A stretch of 64,000 nucleotides of DNA, from the IMG/VR virus record IMGVR_UViG_3300023175_000022. One strand, 5' to 3'. Shown here piece by piece: positions 48,307 to 58,769 of the stretch. The translations under genes and the position numbers were made by a program. Below the pieces are notes generated by a model, which saw only the letters and a program-made list of their open reading frames with translations, had not been told where the DNA came from and ran no database searches. Every line of letters begins with the position of its first letter. Position 1 is the stretch's first letter. This DNA comes from an uncultured virus (IMG/VR IMGVR_UViG_3300023175_000022) (taxonomy: Duplodnaviria > Heunggongvirae > Uroviricota > Caudoviricetes).

Positions 48307-49415
48307 TGTTCGGCCGCACTTTCTATTACGATACTCTGAGAAAATATGTCATTTTGTTTGGCACGTTATTTAATGATATACAAATTAATAGGCAAGATAC
48401 AACTGGCAATGTCAAACAAGTTGTTAAAGTACCACTGTCATATGGACCTCGTGAAAAGTTTTTAGCCAGAATTGAAGGAATCGATGGTGGTAGAGATCCA
48501 CAAGAACAACCATTCTCAATTGTATTACCTCGAATGGGATTTGAGATAACAAGTTTTTCATATGCTGGTGAACGTAAATTACCTACTATTAATAAATTCG
48601 CAGAAACACCGCATAACGATACACATGGCAAAAGAAAAAAGTTTAGATATACTCCAGTTCCTTACGATATTAATTTCACCCTTTCTATCTTTGTTAAAAA
48701 TTCTACAGACGGCACTCGAATTATCGAGCAAATTTTACCATACTTTACACCTGAATGGACAACAACTGTACAATTGACTGATGATCCTGATATAACTCTC
48801 GATATACCATTAGTATTACAAAGTACTTCACAAGACGATGTATATGAAGGCGGATTTGAAGAGAGGCGCGCCTTGATCTGGAGTCTAGATTTTACTATGA
48901 AAGGATTTTTCTTTGGAGCTGACTATCAACAAACTGTTATTCGTTTAGCTAATACAGAAATATATGATACTACATTTATAGATGATATTACTACCGCGCC
49001 AGATGCTGGATTAGAAGAAGCCGCTAGAATATTAAATGCACCCGGTCTTTTAGCTAATAATCAGCCTACTGTTTATTCAAGTATTAATACACAACAAGCT
49101 ACAGCAATAGCTACTATTACAAATGGTAGCGTATCGTCTATCACATTAGTAAATCCAGGTAAAGGTTATTCTACGGCAACTGCTACAATATATGGTGGTG
49201 GAGGATATTCTGCAACAGCAACAGTTACAATAGACACTGATGTAGATTCTGTTTATGAGATCATAGTAAATAATGGAGGCTCAGGATATACGAGTACACC
49301 AACAGTAACTATTAGTAGTCCTGATCTTAGTTCTATACCGTCAGCTGAAATATCTGCTGATTCTAATTATGGTGTTGTAGTCGATATTGGAGATCCGTAC
49401 CCGGATGTGGAGTAA
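48306..49415 (+). CDS. gp15: Tail sheath stabiliser/terminator with a C-terminal extension
   Basis: FGTLFN.I, VPLSYGPREKFL.R, LPRMGFE, PVPYDI.F.L and EQILPYF.P. Confidence 0.95.
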   Translation: MFGRTFYYDTLRKYVILFGTLFNDIQINRQDTTGNVKQVVKVPLSYGPREKFLARIEGIDGGRDPQEQPFSIVLPRMGFEITSFSYAGERKLPTINKFAETPHNDTHGKRKKFRYTPVPYDINFTLSIFVKNSTDGTRIIEQILPYFTPEWTTTVQLTDDPDITLDIPLVLQSTSQDDVYEGGFEERRALIWSLDFTMKGFFFGADYQQTVIRLANTEIYDTTFIDDITTAPDAGLEEAARILNAPGLLANNQPTVYSSINTQQATAIATITNGSVSSITLVNPGKGYSTATATIYGGGGYSATATVTIDTDVDSVYEIIVNNGGSGYTSTPTVTISSPDLSSIPSAEISADSNYGVVVDIGDPYPDVE

Positions 49416-49417
49416 AA

Positions 49418-49843
49418 ATGAAAGAAAATAAAAATCAATTAGATGATATTCTTGATGTCAAATCTACTACGATTATAGAAATAGATGATGATAAGCCATT
49501 GCCCACTACATATCGTCCGTCTCTACATGAAACTGATAAAGAAGTTGAGAATGACACCAAATATGTACGTCAAAATTTCTATGATTTGATTGAGAAGGGT
49601 CACAGCGCCATTGACGAATTACTCGCCGTAGCAGATCAATCACAACATCCTCGAGCATATGAAGTACTCGCTACAATGATTAAAACAATGGGTGATATGA
49701 ATAATGATCTGTTGGGTATGCACGAAAAGAAACAAAAACTGACTGGAGAAAAACCAGAAGATAAAAAGGAAACAGTCAACAACAATCTTTTTGTAGGCTC
49801 TACTAGTGACCTATTAAAGTTGATGAATAAAGATGACAATTGA
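49418..49843 (+). CDS. gp16: Terminase small subunit
   Basis: Y.R.N.Y.LIEKG..A, HPRAYEV and VNNNLFVGST.DL. Confidence 0.95.
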   Translation: MKENKNQLDDILDVKSTTIIEIDDDKPLPTTYRPSLHETDKEVENDTKYVRQNFYDLIEKGHSAIDELLAVADQSQHPRAYEVLATMIKTMGDMNNDLLGMHEKKQKLTGEKPEDKKETVNNNLFVGSTSDLLKLMNKDDN

Positions 49844-51485
49844 TATTCAAGATATTGAGGATTATCGTTCATATCTTGGTAATGTAAACCTCAAAAGAAA
49901 AGGCGTTACTATTGAATGGACCGAAGAGATGGTCCAAGAATTTATTAAATGCGCCAAAGACCCGATATATTTTGCTGAGCGGTATATTCAGATTGTTCAC
50001 GTCGACCATGGACTTATACCGATTAAGCTTTATGAATATCAAAAAGACATCATTCAAAAAACTACAGACCACAGAAGAACATGCGTGGTTACTAGCCGCC
50101 AAGCGGGTAAAACAACGACTGCTGTCTGTCTTATACTTCACTATATTCTTTTTAACGATCATAAGCTTGTCGCTCTTCTCGCAAATAAAGGAGACGCTGC
50201 AAGAGAAATATTGGATCGTATCAAGACAGCTTATGAGGCTCTTCCTAAATGGTTGCAACAAGGTGTCATCGAATGGAACAAAGGATCAGTAGAATTTGAA
50301 AATGGTTCAAAGATTTTGGCGGCAGCTACATCATCATCGGCTATCAGAGGTAAATCTGTATCTTTTCTGTATATAGACGAAACAGCATTCGTAGAGAACT
50401 GGGACGAATTCTTCGCTTCGGTCTTTCCTACAATTTCTTCTGGTACGTCAACCAAAATTCTTTTGACGTCGACACCACACGGTCTGAATCACTTTTACAA
50501 GACGTGCGAAGGAGCGAAAGCGGGGAAGAACGGGTATCAGTTCGTAGAGGTTCAATGGACTGATGTACCCGGACGAGATGATAAATGGCGAGAAGAAACA
50601 CTCGCAGCAATGGATTTTGACACAGAGAAATTCGCTCAGGAAATGGAGTGTGAATTCCTCGGATCATCTGGCACATTAATATCAGGCTGGAAACTCAAAC
50701 AACTCGTATATAAAGAACCGATAAAAGAAGTAGGCGGTATAATAGTATATGAAGAACCAAAAGAAAATGGTAATTATGTCATAGTTGTAGATGTAAGTAG
50801 AGGCAAGGGCCTTGATTACTCAGCTTTCCAAGTCATCGATATCTCACAGATGCCATATGTACAGGTAGGTGCATACCGTAATAATATGATTACACCTGTA
50901 GATTACGCATCTGCTGTACACGCCGCAGCAAAATATTATAATAATGCTAATATACTAGTCGAAGTAAACGATATCGGGGAACAAGTGGCCGGTATTGTAT
51001 TCGAAGAATATGAATATGAAAACATGCTACTCACCGAAAATAATGGTCGAGAAGGCAAACGTCTTTTATCAGGTGTAGCAGGTTTTAATGGTAGAGCAGA
51101 TAAAGGTATTCGTACTACTAAATCAGTCAAATCAATAGGTTGTTCTATGATTAAATTACTCGTAGAACAAAATCAAATTATAATTAATGATTTCGAAACT
51201 ATTAGAGAATTCTCTACATTCAGTCAAAAAGGAACTTCTTACGAAGCGGAACCTGGAAATCATGATGATTTAGTCATGTGTTTAGTGTTATTTGGTTGGC
51301 TATCTAATCAAAGATTTTTCAAAGAATTGACTGATATAAATACGGTTATAAACCTAAAAGAAATGAATGAAGAAAAAGTATTTAGTGAGTTGGTACCATT
51401 TGGATTCATTGATGACGGTCAGAAAGAATTCGAAGATCCTCAACCGATCACGACCAGAGGAAATGATTACTCGTGGCTGATGTAA
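49833..51485 (+). CDS. gp17: Terminase large subunit
   Basis: YLGN.NLK, Walker A SRQAGKTT, Walker B YIDETAF, STP.G.NHFY, DVSRG.G.DYS and HDDLVM. Confidence 0.98.
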   Translation: MTIDIQDIEDYRSYLGNVNLKRKGVTIEWTEEMVQEFIKCAKDPIYFAERYIQIVHVDHGLIPIKLYEYQKDIIQKTTDHRRTCVVTSRQAGKTTTAVCLILHYILFNDHKLVALLANKGDAAREILDRIKTAYEALPKWLQQGVIEWNKGSVEFENGSKILAAATSSSAIRGKSVSFLYIDETAFVENWDEFFASVFPTISSGTSTKILLTSTPHGLNHFYKTCEGAKAGKNGYQFVEVQWTDVPGRDDKWREETLAAMDFDTEKFAQEMECEFLGSSGTLISGWKLKQLVYKEPIKEVGGIIVYEEPKENGNYVIVVDVSRGKGLDYSAFQVIDISQMPYVQVGAYRNNMITPVDYASAVHAAAKYYNNANILVEVNDIGEQVAGIVFEEYEYENMLLTENNGREGKRLLSGVAGFNGRADKGIRTTKSVKSIGCSMIKLLVEQNQIIINDFETIREFSTFSQKGTSYEAEPGNHDDLVMCLVLFGWLSNQRFFKELTDINTVINLKEMNEEKVFSELVPFGFIDDGQKEFEDPQPITTRGNDYSWLM

Positions 51486-51503
51486 TATAGAAATGCTGTT
51501 TGT

Positions 51504-51511
51504 TATAAATA
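51504..51511 (+). promoter_or_regulatory. T4-type late promoter box
   Basis: Intergenic TATAAATA upstream of gp18 (SD GGGAG). Confidence 0.8.
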
Positions 51512-51555
51512 AATGTACGCTTACATAATTAAAAAAATATAAGGGAGATAAATTT

Positions 51556-54096
51556 ATGCCTTTTCAATTAAGCCCAGGCGTTAATGTTACAGAGATCGAT
51601 CTGACCACTGTAATCCCTGCCGTAGCCACGACCGATGCCGCAATTGCAGGCGTTTTTAAGTGGGGACCGGTAGATAAGCCTTCACTCGTTGTATCTGAAA
51701 GCGAGTTAGCTTCAGTTTATGGTAAGCCAGATTCTGATAATGCAGAAACCTGGTTTACAGCAGCTAACTTTTTGTCATATGCTAATCGTCTGCATGTATC
51801 TCGAGCTCATCACTCGACTGGTAATATCAATCGCATTAACGCATATGCTGTAAACAATAGCACTAATCTTATTGTAGATGCTGCTTCAGTAAGTGTTCAA
51901 GATAATGATATCATTAGTCAAATGGTGGCTGGAACTACATTAGATACACAAGTAATAGTTGATTCTTCAGAGATTGATTTTAATTCTGGAGATTCTACAA
52001 CTACCATTAATGCTACCTCAGATGCTATTGTATTGAATACACCTTTGACTCTTCTCGAAGGCGAACAAGTGTTTTTGTCTAGTTCAAATAATTTGCCTAC
52101 CGCGGTCGACAATGTAACACCTTATTTCCTTGTTGATGTAGCATCAGATAATCTTAGCTTTAAGTTGAGCGCTAGTCGAGGTGGTTCACCAATTAATTTC
52201 GTCGCCGGTCAAGAAGGCGATGGTGATATGACATTAACTCGGCGCGGCCAAACTCGTATTACTCTTCTTGGATCTACTTACACTGGTGCGACCGGCACCT
52301 TCGATTTTGAATTTCATGATCCCAAATGGTCATTTAACGCAATTGCTAATACTTCAGCACTTTCAACAACTGCGTTGATATCTAATCATATTGTAAAAAA
52401 TGAAGATCATTATGATTCAGGAATCGATGGAAATTTTGACGATGCAGTTATGTACATCGCCAAATACCCCGGAACATTGGGTAATTCATTGAAAGTTTCA
52501 GTATGTGATAGCGCAGCAGCATTTAATAGTACAGTAACTGTAGCAGCTGGTACTACAATGGCAATCAACATCGGTTCAAATACCGGTACGGTTAGCGCTT
52601 CTACTAATACAGCTGTAAGTGATGTTACTGATGAACTCAATGTGGGTGATTTGATTAAAGTTGGTAATTCAGAGATTGGTATGCAGTATCTTGAAGTTAC
52701 AGCAATCGATCCTGTAGGAACTGCAACTAGCACTACGGTTCATTTTGGTGAAAATCTTGTCACATCAGAAAACATCTCAGTTACAAATAGCTCCTTCGAA
52801 AGATTTTGGGGTTTTTGGGGTGTTGTAAGCGGTGCACCTGGTCAGTCAGCATTTATGGCTGCTCAAGGTAATACTGCCGCAAATGATGAGTTGCATGTTG
52901 TAGTCGTTGACGAAGATGGAGAAATCACCGGTACACCAAACACTATTCTTGAAGTTTGGTCTGGTCTTTCTCGAGCTACTGATGCGAAGAGCAAAGACGG
53001 CGCTAATCTGTATTATAAGGATGTCATCAACCAATCTTCTAAGTGGATTTGGTGGGCAAACGATTCTACAGCCGCTCCTTCAGCAACAGCTTTATTGCTT
53101 GCATCATCAACAGCAACCGCTCCACTATCAATGTCAATGACTATGGGGCGCGATATTGGTTCTGAGTCAACTACAAATAATCTTGGAGATATTCTTCGAG
53201 CATATGATAAGTTTAAGTCAGGCGAAGATATTGATGTTTCATTAATCTTGACAGGCAAATCTCGCGGCGGTGCTACTACTAATGGTGGCCGAATCGTTGA
53301 AGGTTTCCAACTGGCTAACTATCTAATCGATAATATTGCAGAGTCAAGAAAAGATTGTGTAGTATTTGTATCTCCGGAGAAAGAGGATGTAGTTGGAAAT
53401 GTAACTGATATTACTGAAGACGTAAATGATTTTAGATCTGCCCTTCGATCTACTTCATACGCTGTGATGGATAGCGGTTACAAATATCAATATGATAAGT
53501 ATAATGATGTATATCGATGGATTCCAATGAACGGTGACATTGCTGGTCTTTGTGCGCGCACAGATGACACGCGTGATCCTTGGTATTCACCTGCAGGATT
53601 TAATAGAGGTAATATTAAGAACATCGTCAAACTCGCTTGGAATCCTAAGAAAGCAGAACGTGACTTGTTGTATAGCAACGGTGTAAATCCGATTGTCAAC
53701 TTCCCTGGACAAGGTATTGTAATGTTCGGTGATAAGACATTGCTTGCGAAGCCATCTGCATTTGATAGAATCAATGTACGAAGATTGTTTATTGTACTTG
53801 AGAAAGCAATTGCTACCGCATCGAAGTTTACTCTCTTCGAATTCAATGATGAGTTTACTCGAGCTAGCTTTGTAAATCTCGTAACACCTTACCTACGAGA
53901 TGTACAAGGTCGTCGCGGTATTACTGATTTCTTAGTAGTGGCTGATGAGACGAATAATACTGGTGAAGTTATTGATCGTAACGAGTTTGTTGGAGATATC
54001 TACATCAAACCCGCTCGAAGCATCAATTTCATTCAGTTGAATTTTGTCGCTGTACGATCTGGCGTAGAATTCTCCGAAGTTGTTGGGAATTTCTAA
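51556..54096 (+). CDS. gp18: Tail sheath protein
   Basis: SPGV.V.EIDLT, F.WGP, PWYSPAG.NRG, SAFDRINVRRLF and IYIKPARSINFI.LNFVA. Confidence 0.98.
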   Translation: MPFQLSPGVNVTEIDLTTVIPAVATTDAAIAGVFKWGPVDKPSLVVSESELASVYGKPDSDNAETWFTAANFLSYANRLHVSRAHHSTGNINRINAYAVNNSTNLIVDAASVSVQDNDIISQMVAGTTLDTQVIVDSSEIDFNSGDSTTTINATSDAIVLNTPLTLLEGEQVFLSSSNNLPTAVDNVTPYFLVDVASDNLSFKLSASRGGSPINFVAGQEGDGDMTLTRRGQTRITLLGSTYTGATGTFDFEFHDPKWSFNAIANTSALSTTALISNHIVKNEDHYDSGIDGNFDDAVMYIAKYPGTLGNSLKVSVCDSAAAFNSTVTVAAGTTMAINIGSNTGTVSASTNTAVSDVTDELNVGDLIKVGNSEIGMQYLEVTAIDPVGTATSTTVHFGENLVTSENISVTNSSFERFWGFWGVVSGAPGQSAFMAAQGNTAANDELHVVVVDEDGEITGTPNTILEVWSGLSRATDAKSKDGANLYYKDVINQSSKWIWWANDSTAAPSATALLLASSTATAPLSMSMTMGRDIGSESTTNNLGDILRAYDKFKSGEDIDVSLILTGKSRGGATTNGGRIVEGFQLANYLIDNIAESRKDCVVFVSPEKEDVVGNVTDITEDVNDFRSALRSTSYAVMDSGYKYQYDKYNDVYRWIPMNGDIAGLCARTDDTRDPWYSPAGFNRGNIKNIVKLAWNPKKAERDLLYSNGVNPIVNFPGQGIVMFGDKTLLAKPSAFDRINVRRLFIVLEKAIATASKFTLFEFNDEFTRASFVNLVTPYLRDVQGRRGITDFLVVADETNNTGEVIDRNEFVGDIYIKPARSINFIQLNFVAVRSGVEFSEVVGNF

Positions 54097-54103
54097 TAAA
54101 TAG

Positions 54104-54111
54104 TATAAATA
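54104..54111 (+). promoter_or_regulatory. T4-type late promoter box
   Basis: Intergenic TATAAATA upstream of gp19 (SD AGGAG). Confidence 0.8.
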
Positions 54112-54132
54112 AAAATAAAATAGGAGAATAAA

Positions 54133-54639
54133 ATGCCATTTAGCGTACAGAACTTTAAGTCAGCGGCTCTCAGTCAAGGAGGGTATCGTCCCTCCTTGTT
54201 TGAAGTGCAGGTTACGACTTTGGGTGAAGAGTTTAATCTACTCTGTATGTCTTCGCAAGTACCTACATTTACGACTGGCATTATTGAAGTACCTTATTTC
54301 GGTCGAAAAGTAAAAGTTGCTGGTGATAGAACATTTGCCGAGTGGACAACTACTGTAATGATCGAAGAAGACTTCAGTCAACGCGCGGTACTCGAAGAGT
54401 GGGCCCGTAAGGTAAATGACGGTCCATCCAACATCCGTTCTTATGGTTCGCCTGAGGATTACAAAGAAGATGCTACGATCAAGCTTTACGGAAAAACTGG
54501 ATCAAAGCTTCGTGAATACACACTCGTTGGATGCTGGCCCTCAGATGTTGGTACTATCGAACTAGATTGGAATACAAACGATACTATCGGTACTTATACA
54601 GTAACGTGGTCATTTGATTACTTCAATCCTGGATCTTAA
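54133..54639 (+). CDS. gp19: Tail tube protein
   Basis: GG.RPSLF.V, VPYFGR..K.AGDRTF.EW.TT and WPS.VG.I.LDW. Confidence 0.96.
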   Translation: MPFSVQNFKSAALSQGGYRPSLFEVQVTTLGEEFNLLCMSSQVPTFTTGIIEVPYFGRKVKVAGDRTFAEWTTTVMIEEDFSQRAVLEEWARKVNDGPSNIRSYGSPEDYKEDATIKLYGKTGSKLREYTLVGCWPSDVGTIELDWNTNDTIGTYTVTWSFDYFNPGS

Positions 54640-54661
54640 AGTCCAATTTGAATAACAATAG

Positions 54662-54697
54662 AGGGGATTATAAATAACTATAATCCCCTTTATTTCA
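54662..54697 (+). terminator. Terminator hairpin containing a late promoter box (TATAAATA, 54669-54676)
   Basis: AGGGGATTATA (54662-72) / TATAATCCCCT (54679-89) perfect 11-bp stem followed by a T-rich tail. Confidence 0.75.
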
Positions 54698-54710
54698 TCG
54701 GAGATAATGA

Positions 54711-56426
54711 ATGGACCTCTTTGGATTTGAAATCAATAGGAAGAAAGAGCAGAAAGAGCAAGAAAAGCTCGTCTCTTTTGTCCCTCCCACCAATGAAGAC
54801 GGCGCGTTAACCGTTGCAGCAGGTGGTGTCTACGGCACTTACGTAGATCTTGACGGTTCAGTCAGAACAGAAGCAGAATTAGTCAATAAGTATAGAGCTA
54901 TATCATTCGATCCCACCATCGATATGGCTATTCAAGAAATTTGTAACGAAGCTATTGTAGAAGATAGTGACGAAGACACTATCTCTATTGTTCTTGACGA
55001 TATCAAACAACCTGAATCAATCAAAAAAACTATCATGGAAGAGTTCGATAATATATTAGGACTCTTGGAATTTAATAAATTAAGTTACGAACTTTTCAGG
55101 CGATGGTATGTCGACGGCCGTCTCTATTATCATGTTCTAGTTGATGAGAAAAAACCAGCAAAAGGTATTCTTGAAGTAAGATATGTAGATCCTCGTAATA
55201 TCAAAAAAGTACGAGAAATTAAGAAAGAAAAAGATCCAAAAACTGGTGTTACAATAGAAAAACTCATCAACGAATATTACATGTACAGTCCCTCTGGTTT
55301 CCTGAAACGTACAGGGTCAGTAACTGGTTCGACTATGAATACCTATGGAACATCAGGTTCCGCATCTGCAGAAGGCGTTAAGATAGCGAGAGACGCTATT
55401 GTATATTGTACGTCTGGTAACCAAAGCCTCGATAACAAACTTATCTTATCATGGTTACATAAAGCTATTCGGCCATTGAATCAATTGCGTTCAATGGAAG
55501 ATTCGCTGGTTATCTATCGCATCTCCCGCGCGCCCGAGCGCAGAATCTTTTATGTAGATGTTGGCGGTTTGCCAAAAGCGAAAGCTGAGCAATACCTAGC
55601 CGATATCATGACCAAATTTAAGAATAAAGTCGTTTATGATTCATCAACTGGTGAAATCAGAGACGACCGTAAATTCATGACTATGTTAGAAGATTTCTGG
55701 TTACCACGGCGAGAAGGTGGTAAGGGAACAGAAATTACTACATTGCCTGGAGGTCAAAACTTAGGAGAAATTGAAGATGTTGTTTATTTCCAAAATAATC
55801 TATATCGCTCTCTTAACGTTCCTATCACCCGTTTACAACCCGAAACTACATACACTCTTGGTCGCGCTACTGAAATATCTCGAGACGAAGTAAAATTCAG
55901 TAAGTTTATTCTTCGATTAAGGAATAAGTTTTCTGAATTATTCTTAAAGCTTCTCGAAAGACAATTGATTTTAAAGCAGATTTGTACCGTCGAAGATTGG
56001 AAAGAGTGGAAAGATCAAATTCAGTTTGATTTTGCTGTCGATAATTATTTCGAAGAACTAAAATCAATGGAAATGAACCGCGATCGTGCAGGTTTATTAA
56101 GAGAAATGGAAGAGTGGGTTGGTAAATATTATTCACATGAATACGTACGACGATATGTATTACAGCAATCTGAAGAAGAAATTGCTGAAATTGATAAGCA
56201 AATCAAGACTGAAATGACTGATCCACGATATGCTGACGAAGAAGAAGCTGCAGCTGAAGAAGATAATATGAGAGGTCCATCAGAAGAATCTCCTGTACCT
56301 CAGCAATCGTATAAGTTAATACCGGATGACTCGAAGAAAGAGCAAAATGATTATGATGATGCCATAAAAATATCACAAATGGAATTAATTGAAAGTATGA
56401 CGAGATTTATCGATGAAGCGGTATAG
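54711..56426 (+). CDS. gp20: Portal vertex protein
   Basis: [64 protein letters not shown]. Confidence 0.98.
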   Translation: MDLFGFEINRKKEQKEQEKLVSFVPPTNEDGALTVAAGGVYGTYVDLDGSVRTEAELVNKYRAISFDPTIDMAIQEICNEAIVEDSDEDTISIVLDDIKQPESIKKTIMEEFDNILGLLEFNKLSYELFRRWYVDGRLYYHVLVDEKKPAKGILEVRYVDPRNIKKVREIKKEKDPKTGVTIEKLINEYYMYSPSGFLKRTGSVTGSTMNTYGTSGSASAEGVKIARDAIVYCTSGNQSLDNKLILSWLHKAIRPLNQLRSMEDSLVIYRISRAPERRIFYVDVGGLPKAKAEQYLADIMTKFKNKVVYDSSTGEIRDDRKFMTMLEDFWLPRREGGKGTEITTLPGGQNLGEIEDVVYFQNNLYRSLNVPITRLQPETTYTLGRATEISRDEVKFSKFILRLRNKFSELFLKLLERQLILKQICTVEDWKEWKDQIQFDFAVDNYFEELKSMEMNRDRAGLLREMEEWVGKYYSHEYVRRYVLQQSEEEIAEIDKQIKTEMTDPRYADEEEAAAEEDNMRGPSEESPVPQQSYKLIPDDSKKEQNDYDDAIKISQMELIESMTRFIDEAV

Positions 56427-56428
56427 AA

Positions 56429-57592
56429 ATGGACGAATTCAATGACATTATAAACAAAGCCTTTTCGGTAAGTTTATATAAAAAATTAGACAAAAGGACT
56501 GATGAGAAACTTGATAGTCTAAAAGAAAATATCAAGACACTCAAAAGTTTTACTGGCCCGATCGGACCAGCAGGTCCAGCAGGTCCACAGGGTCCAGAAG
56601 GCCCACCGGGGATTATAGGTGAAGAAGGTCCAAGAGGTTTCAAGGGTGATACAGGTCCTCAGGGTCCAGAAGGACCGGCAGGTCCTCAAGGACCGCAAGG
56701 AGAAAAAGGAGATCCGGGCGGACCAGTCGGTCCACAAGGCCTTCAAGGAGATATTGGACCAAGAGGTCCGCAAGGTGTACCGGGACCACCAGGATTAAAA
56801 GGTGATAGAGGACCAACTGGTCTAAAAGGAAATAAAGGTCCAAAAGGTTTACGCGGTCTTAGAGGTTTAGAAGGTCCACAAGGTATACCAGGACCAATTG
56901 GTCCAGAAGGAAAAATTGGACCAAGAGGAGAAACAGGACCTCAAGGATTACAAGGACCAAAAGGTGATATTGGTCCTCAAGGTTTAACAGGTAAAATAGG
57001 TCCAAAAGGACCAAAAGGTGCTAAGGGCGCCAAAGGCCCAAAAGGTGATACAGGTCCTCAGGGTCCAGCGGGTAAAGATGCACCTGATTATAAAATTCAA
57101 ATTGAAGACGCATTAGACGAATTCAATAAGAAAATTCAGACAGTTCAAAAAGGCTTTGATAAAAAAGCCAGTGAGATGTTTAATAGATTTGGACTGGTTG
57201 GCGCGACAGGTAGTGGTGAAGTAAAACTAAGAAGATTGGACGATGTCGAATTCGATACGCTCAATCCACCGTTAGACGGCACTCTACTTACATATGATGC
57301 GGTACAGAAAAAATTTGTATTTGATACGTTTGTAGGTGTTGCATCTGCATCTGGTGTAAATTTACAAGTAACTACACTCGATGATTTTCAAACATTTACA
57401 CGCGCTTTATCTGGAACAAGTTTTACAGTAGATCTAGAAGTCGAAAATCTTATAAATATTGTAGAATATTTTATTGTAAGAGATAGTGACAATGTTAGAG
57501 TATATCCAGTAATTGATAGAACGATAACTGAGATAAATATAGAATCAAACCTAGATCTAACAGGAACAACACTAACTATAATTCACTACTAA
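56429..57592 (+). CDS. Collagen-like fibre protein
   Basis: 58 Gly-X-Y triplets (56555-57079) with one extra Gly; GSGEV.L..LDDV motif. Confidence 0.9.
   Translation: MDEFNDIINKAFSVSLYKKLDKRTDEKLDSLKENIKTLKSFTGPIGPAGPAGPQGPEGPPGIIGEEGPRGFKGDTGPQGPEGPAGPQGPQGEKGDPGGPVGPQGLQGDIGPRGPQGVPGPPGLKGDRGPTGLKGNKGPKGLRGLRGLEGPQGIPGPIGPEGKIGPRGETGPQGLQGPKGDIGPQGLTGKIGPKGPKGAKGAKGPKGDTGPQGPAGKDAPDYKIQIEDALDEFNKKIQTVQKGFDKKASEMFNRFGLVGATGSGEVKLRRLDDVEFDTLNPPLDGTLLTYDAVQKKFVFDTFVGVASASGVNLQVTTLDDFQTFTRALSGTSFTVDLEVENLINIVEYFIVRDSDNVRVYPVIDRTITEINIESNLDLTGTTLTIIHY
57451..57458 (+). promoter_or_regulatory. T4-type late promoter box
   Basis: TATAAATA in the 3' end of the collagen gene, upstream of 57605. Confidence 0.5.
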
Positions 57593-57604
57593 AGGAAATA
57601 GAAG

Positions 57605-58747
57605 ATGGCATCAAAAGAATACTATCATGATATTGATCTAGTAAAAGTAGGTCAACTAGTCAATGCCCGTATCCAAAATGTCACCACCACAGAAAGAACT
57701 ACTTTAGGTGGAGGTCTTGGTAGCGGCAACGTAGGTTTACAAGTATTTGATACTACTGTTGCAGCGCCATTTATTTGGGATGGTAGCGCGTGGGTAAGAG
57801 ATGCGCTTACTGTTTCTGGTGACGTTGTATACAAAGGCGTTATTAACCCATCAAATGCTGGTACAGTTAACAAAGAAGCTGGTTTTCAATATGTAGTTGA
57901 TACAGCCGGTACTTTGACAGCAGGTGGTGTCACATTCTCACCATCAGGCGTTGTTGAAGTTGGAGATATTGTACTCTTTACTTCTGCTACTGACGCATCT
58001 GTAATTCAACGAAATGTTGAAGGCGCAACAGATGCAGTCGCTGGTATTATTGAGCTAGCTACGCAAAGCGAAGTTAATACTGGTACAGATACTACTAGAG
58101 CAATTACTCCTGCTACATTGGCTGGTTCTACTCTAGCTAGTAACGTTAGCACTAATCAGTCTAACATCTCTACACTGCAAACAGATGTCACAAATCTGCA
58201 GACGTATGCTGCTAATAACGCCGGTGATATTGCGACTCTTCAGACAGATGTAACTAATCTACAAACCTACGCTGCCAATAATGCTGGTGATATTGCAACT
58301 CTGCAAACGCAGATGACTGCAATACAAACTTATGCTGCTAATAATGCCAGTGATATTGCTACACTACAAACTAGCGTAACTAACCTACAGACATATGCTG
58401 CTAATAATGCTGGCGACATCGCTACATTACAGACGCAGATGACTGCAGTACAAACTTACGCAGCTAATAATGCTTCTGACATTGCAACATTGCAATCACA
58501 AGTATCATCGCTTTCTAGTTCAGCGGTAAAAGTGTATAGCAACGCTAACGTTTCGATTAGTCAGGGTTCGGCGACGACAATTACTCACAACCTCGATCTC
58601 TCTGATCCTAACTTCTTTACGATTAGAGTTGCAGATACAAATGGATCGTCTATTAGTGTGGATGTCGATGCAGTTACTTCGAACACCATTACACTAACCT
58701 CACTTGTCCAGTTGGCGGGAGTAAAAGTCTTTATCGTCGGTGCATAA
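57605..58747 (+). CDS. Fibre protein with 21-aa coiled-coil repeats
   Basis: G.IELATQ.EV..GTD..RA.TP fibre motif; five DIATLQTxxTxxQTYAANNAx repeats; C-terminal ITHNL domain. Confidence 0.8.
   Translation: MASKEYYHDIDLVKVGQLVNARIQNVTTTERTTLGGGLGSGNVGLQVFDTTVAAPFIWDGSAWVRDALTVSGDVVYKGVINPSNAGTVNKEAGFQYVVDTAGTLTAGGVTFSPSGVVEVGDIVLFTSATDASVIQRNVEGATDAVAGIIELATQSEVNTGTDTTRAITPATLAGSTLASNVSTNQSNISTLQTDVTNLQTYAANNAGDIATLQTDVTNLQTYAANNAGDIATLQTQMTAIQTYAANNASDIATLQTSVTNLQTYAANNAGDIATLQTQMTAVQTYAANNASDIATLQSQVSSLSSSAVKVYSNANVSISQGSATTITHNLDLSDPNFFTIRVADTNGSSISVDVDAVTSNTITLTSLVQLAGVKVFIVGA
58163..58513 (+). repeat. 63-bp (21-aa) tandem repeat, about 5.5 copies
   Basis: Near-identical peptide repeats with diverged codons. 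Confidence 0.9.
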
Positions 58748-58769
58748 TAACTCATAATTTGGATTTATT

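Noticed and set aside
49833..56426. Introns, inteins or homing endonucleases in gp17-gp20
   Set aside because: The ORFs are continuous, with no intein or LAGLIDADG/HNH/GIY-YIG motifs seen.
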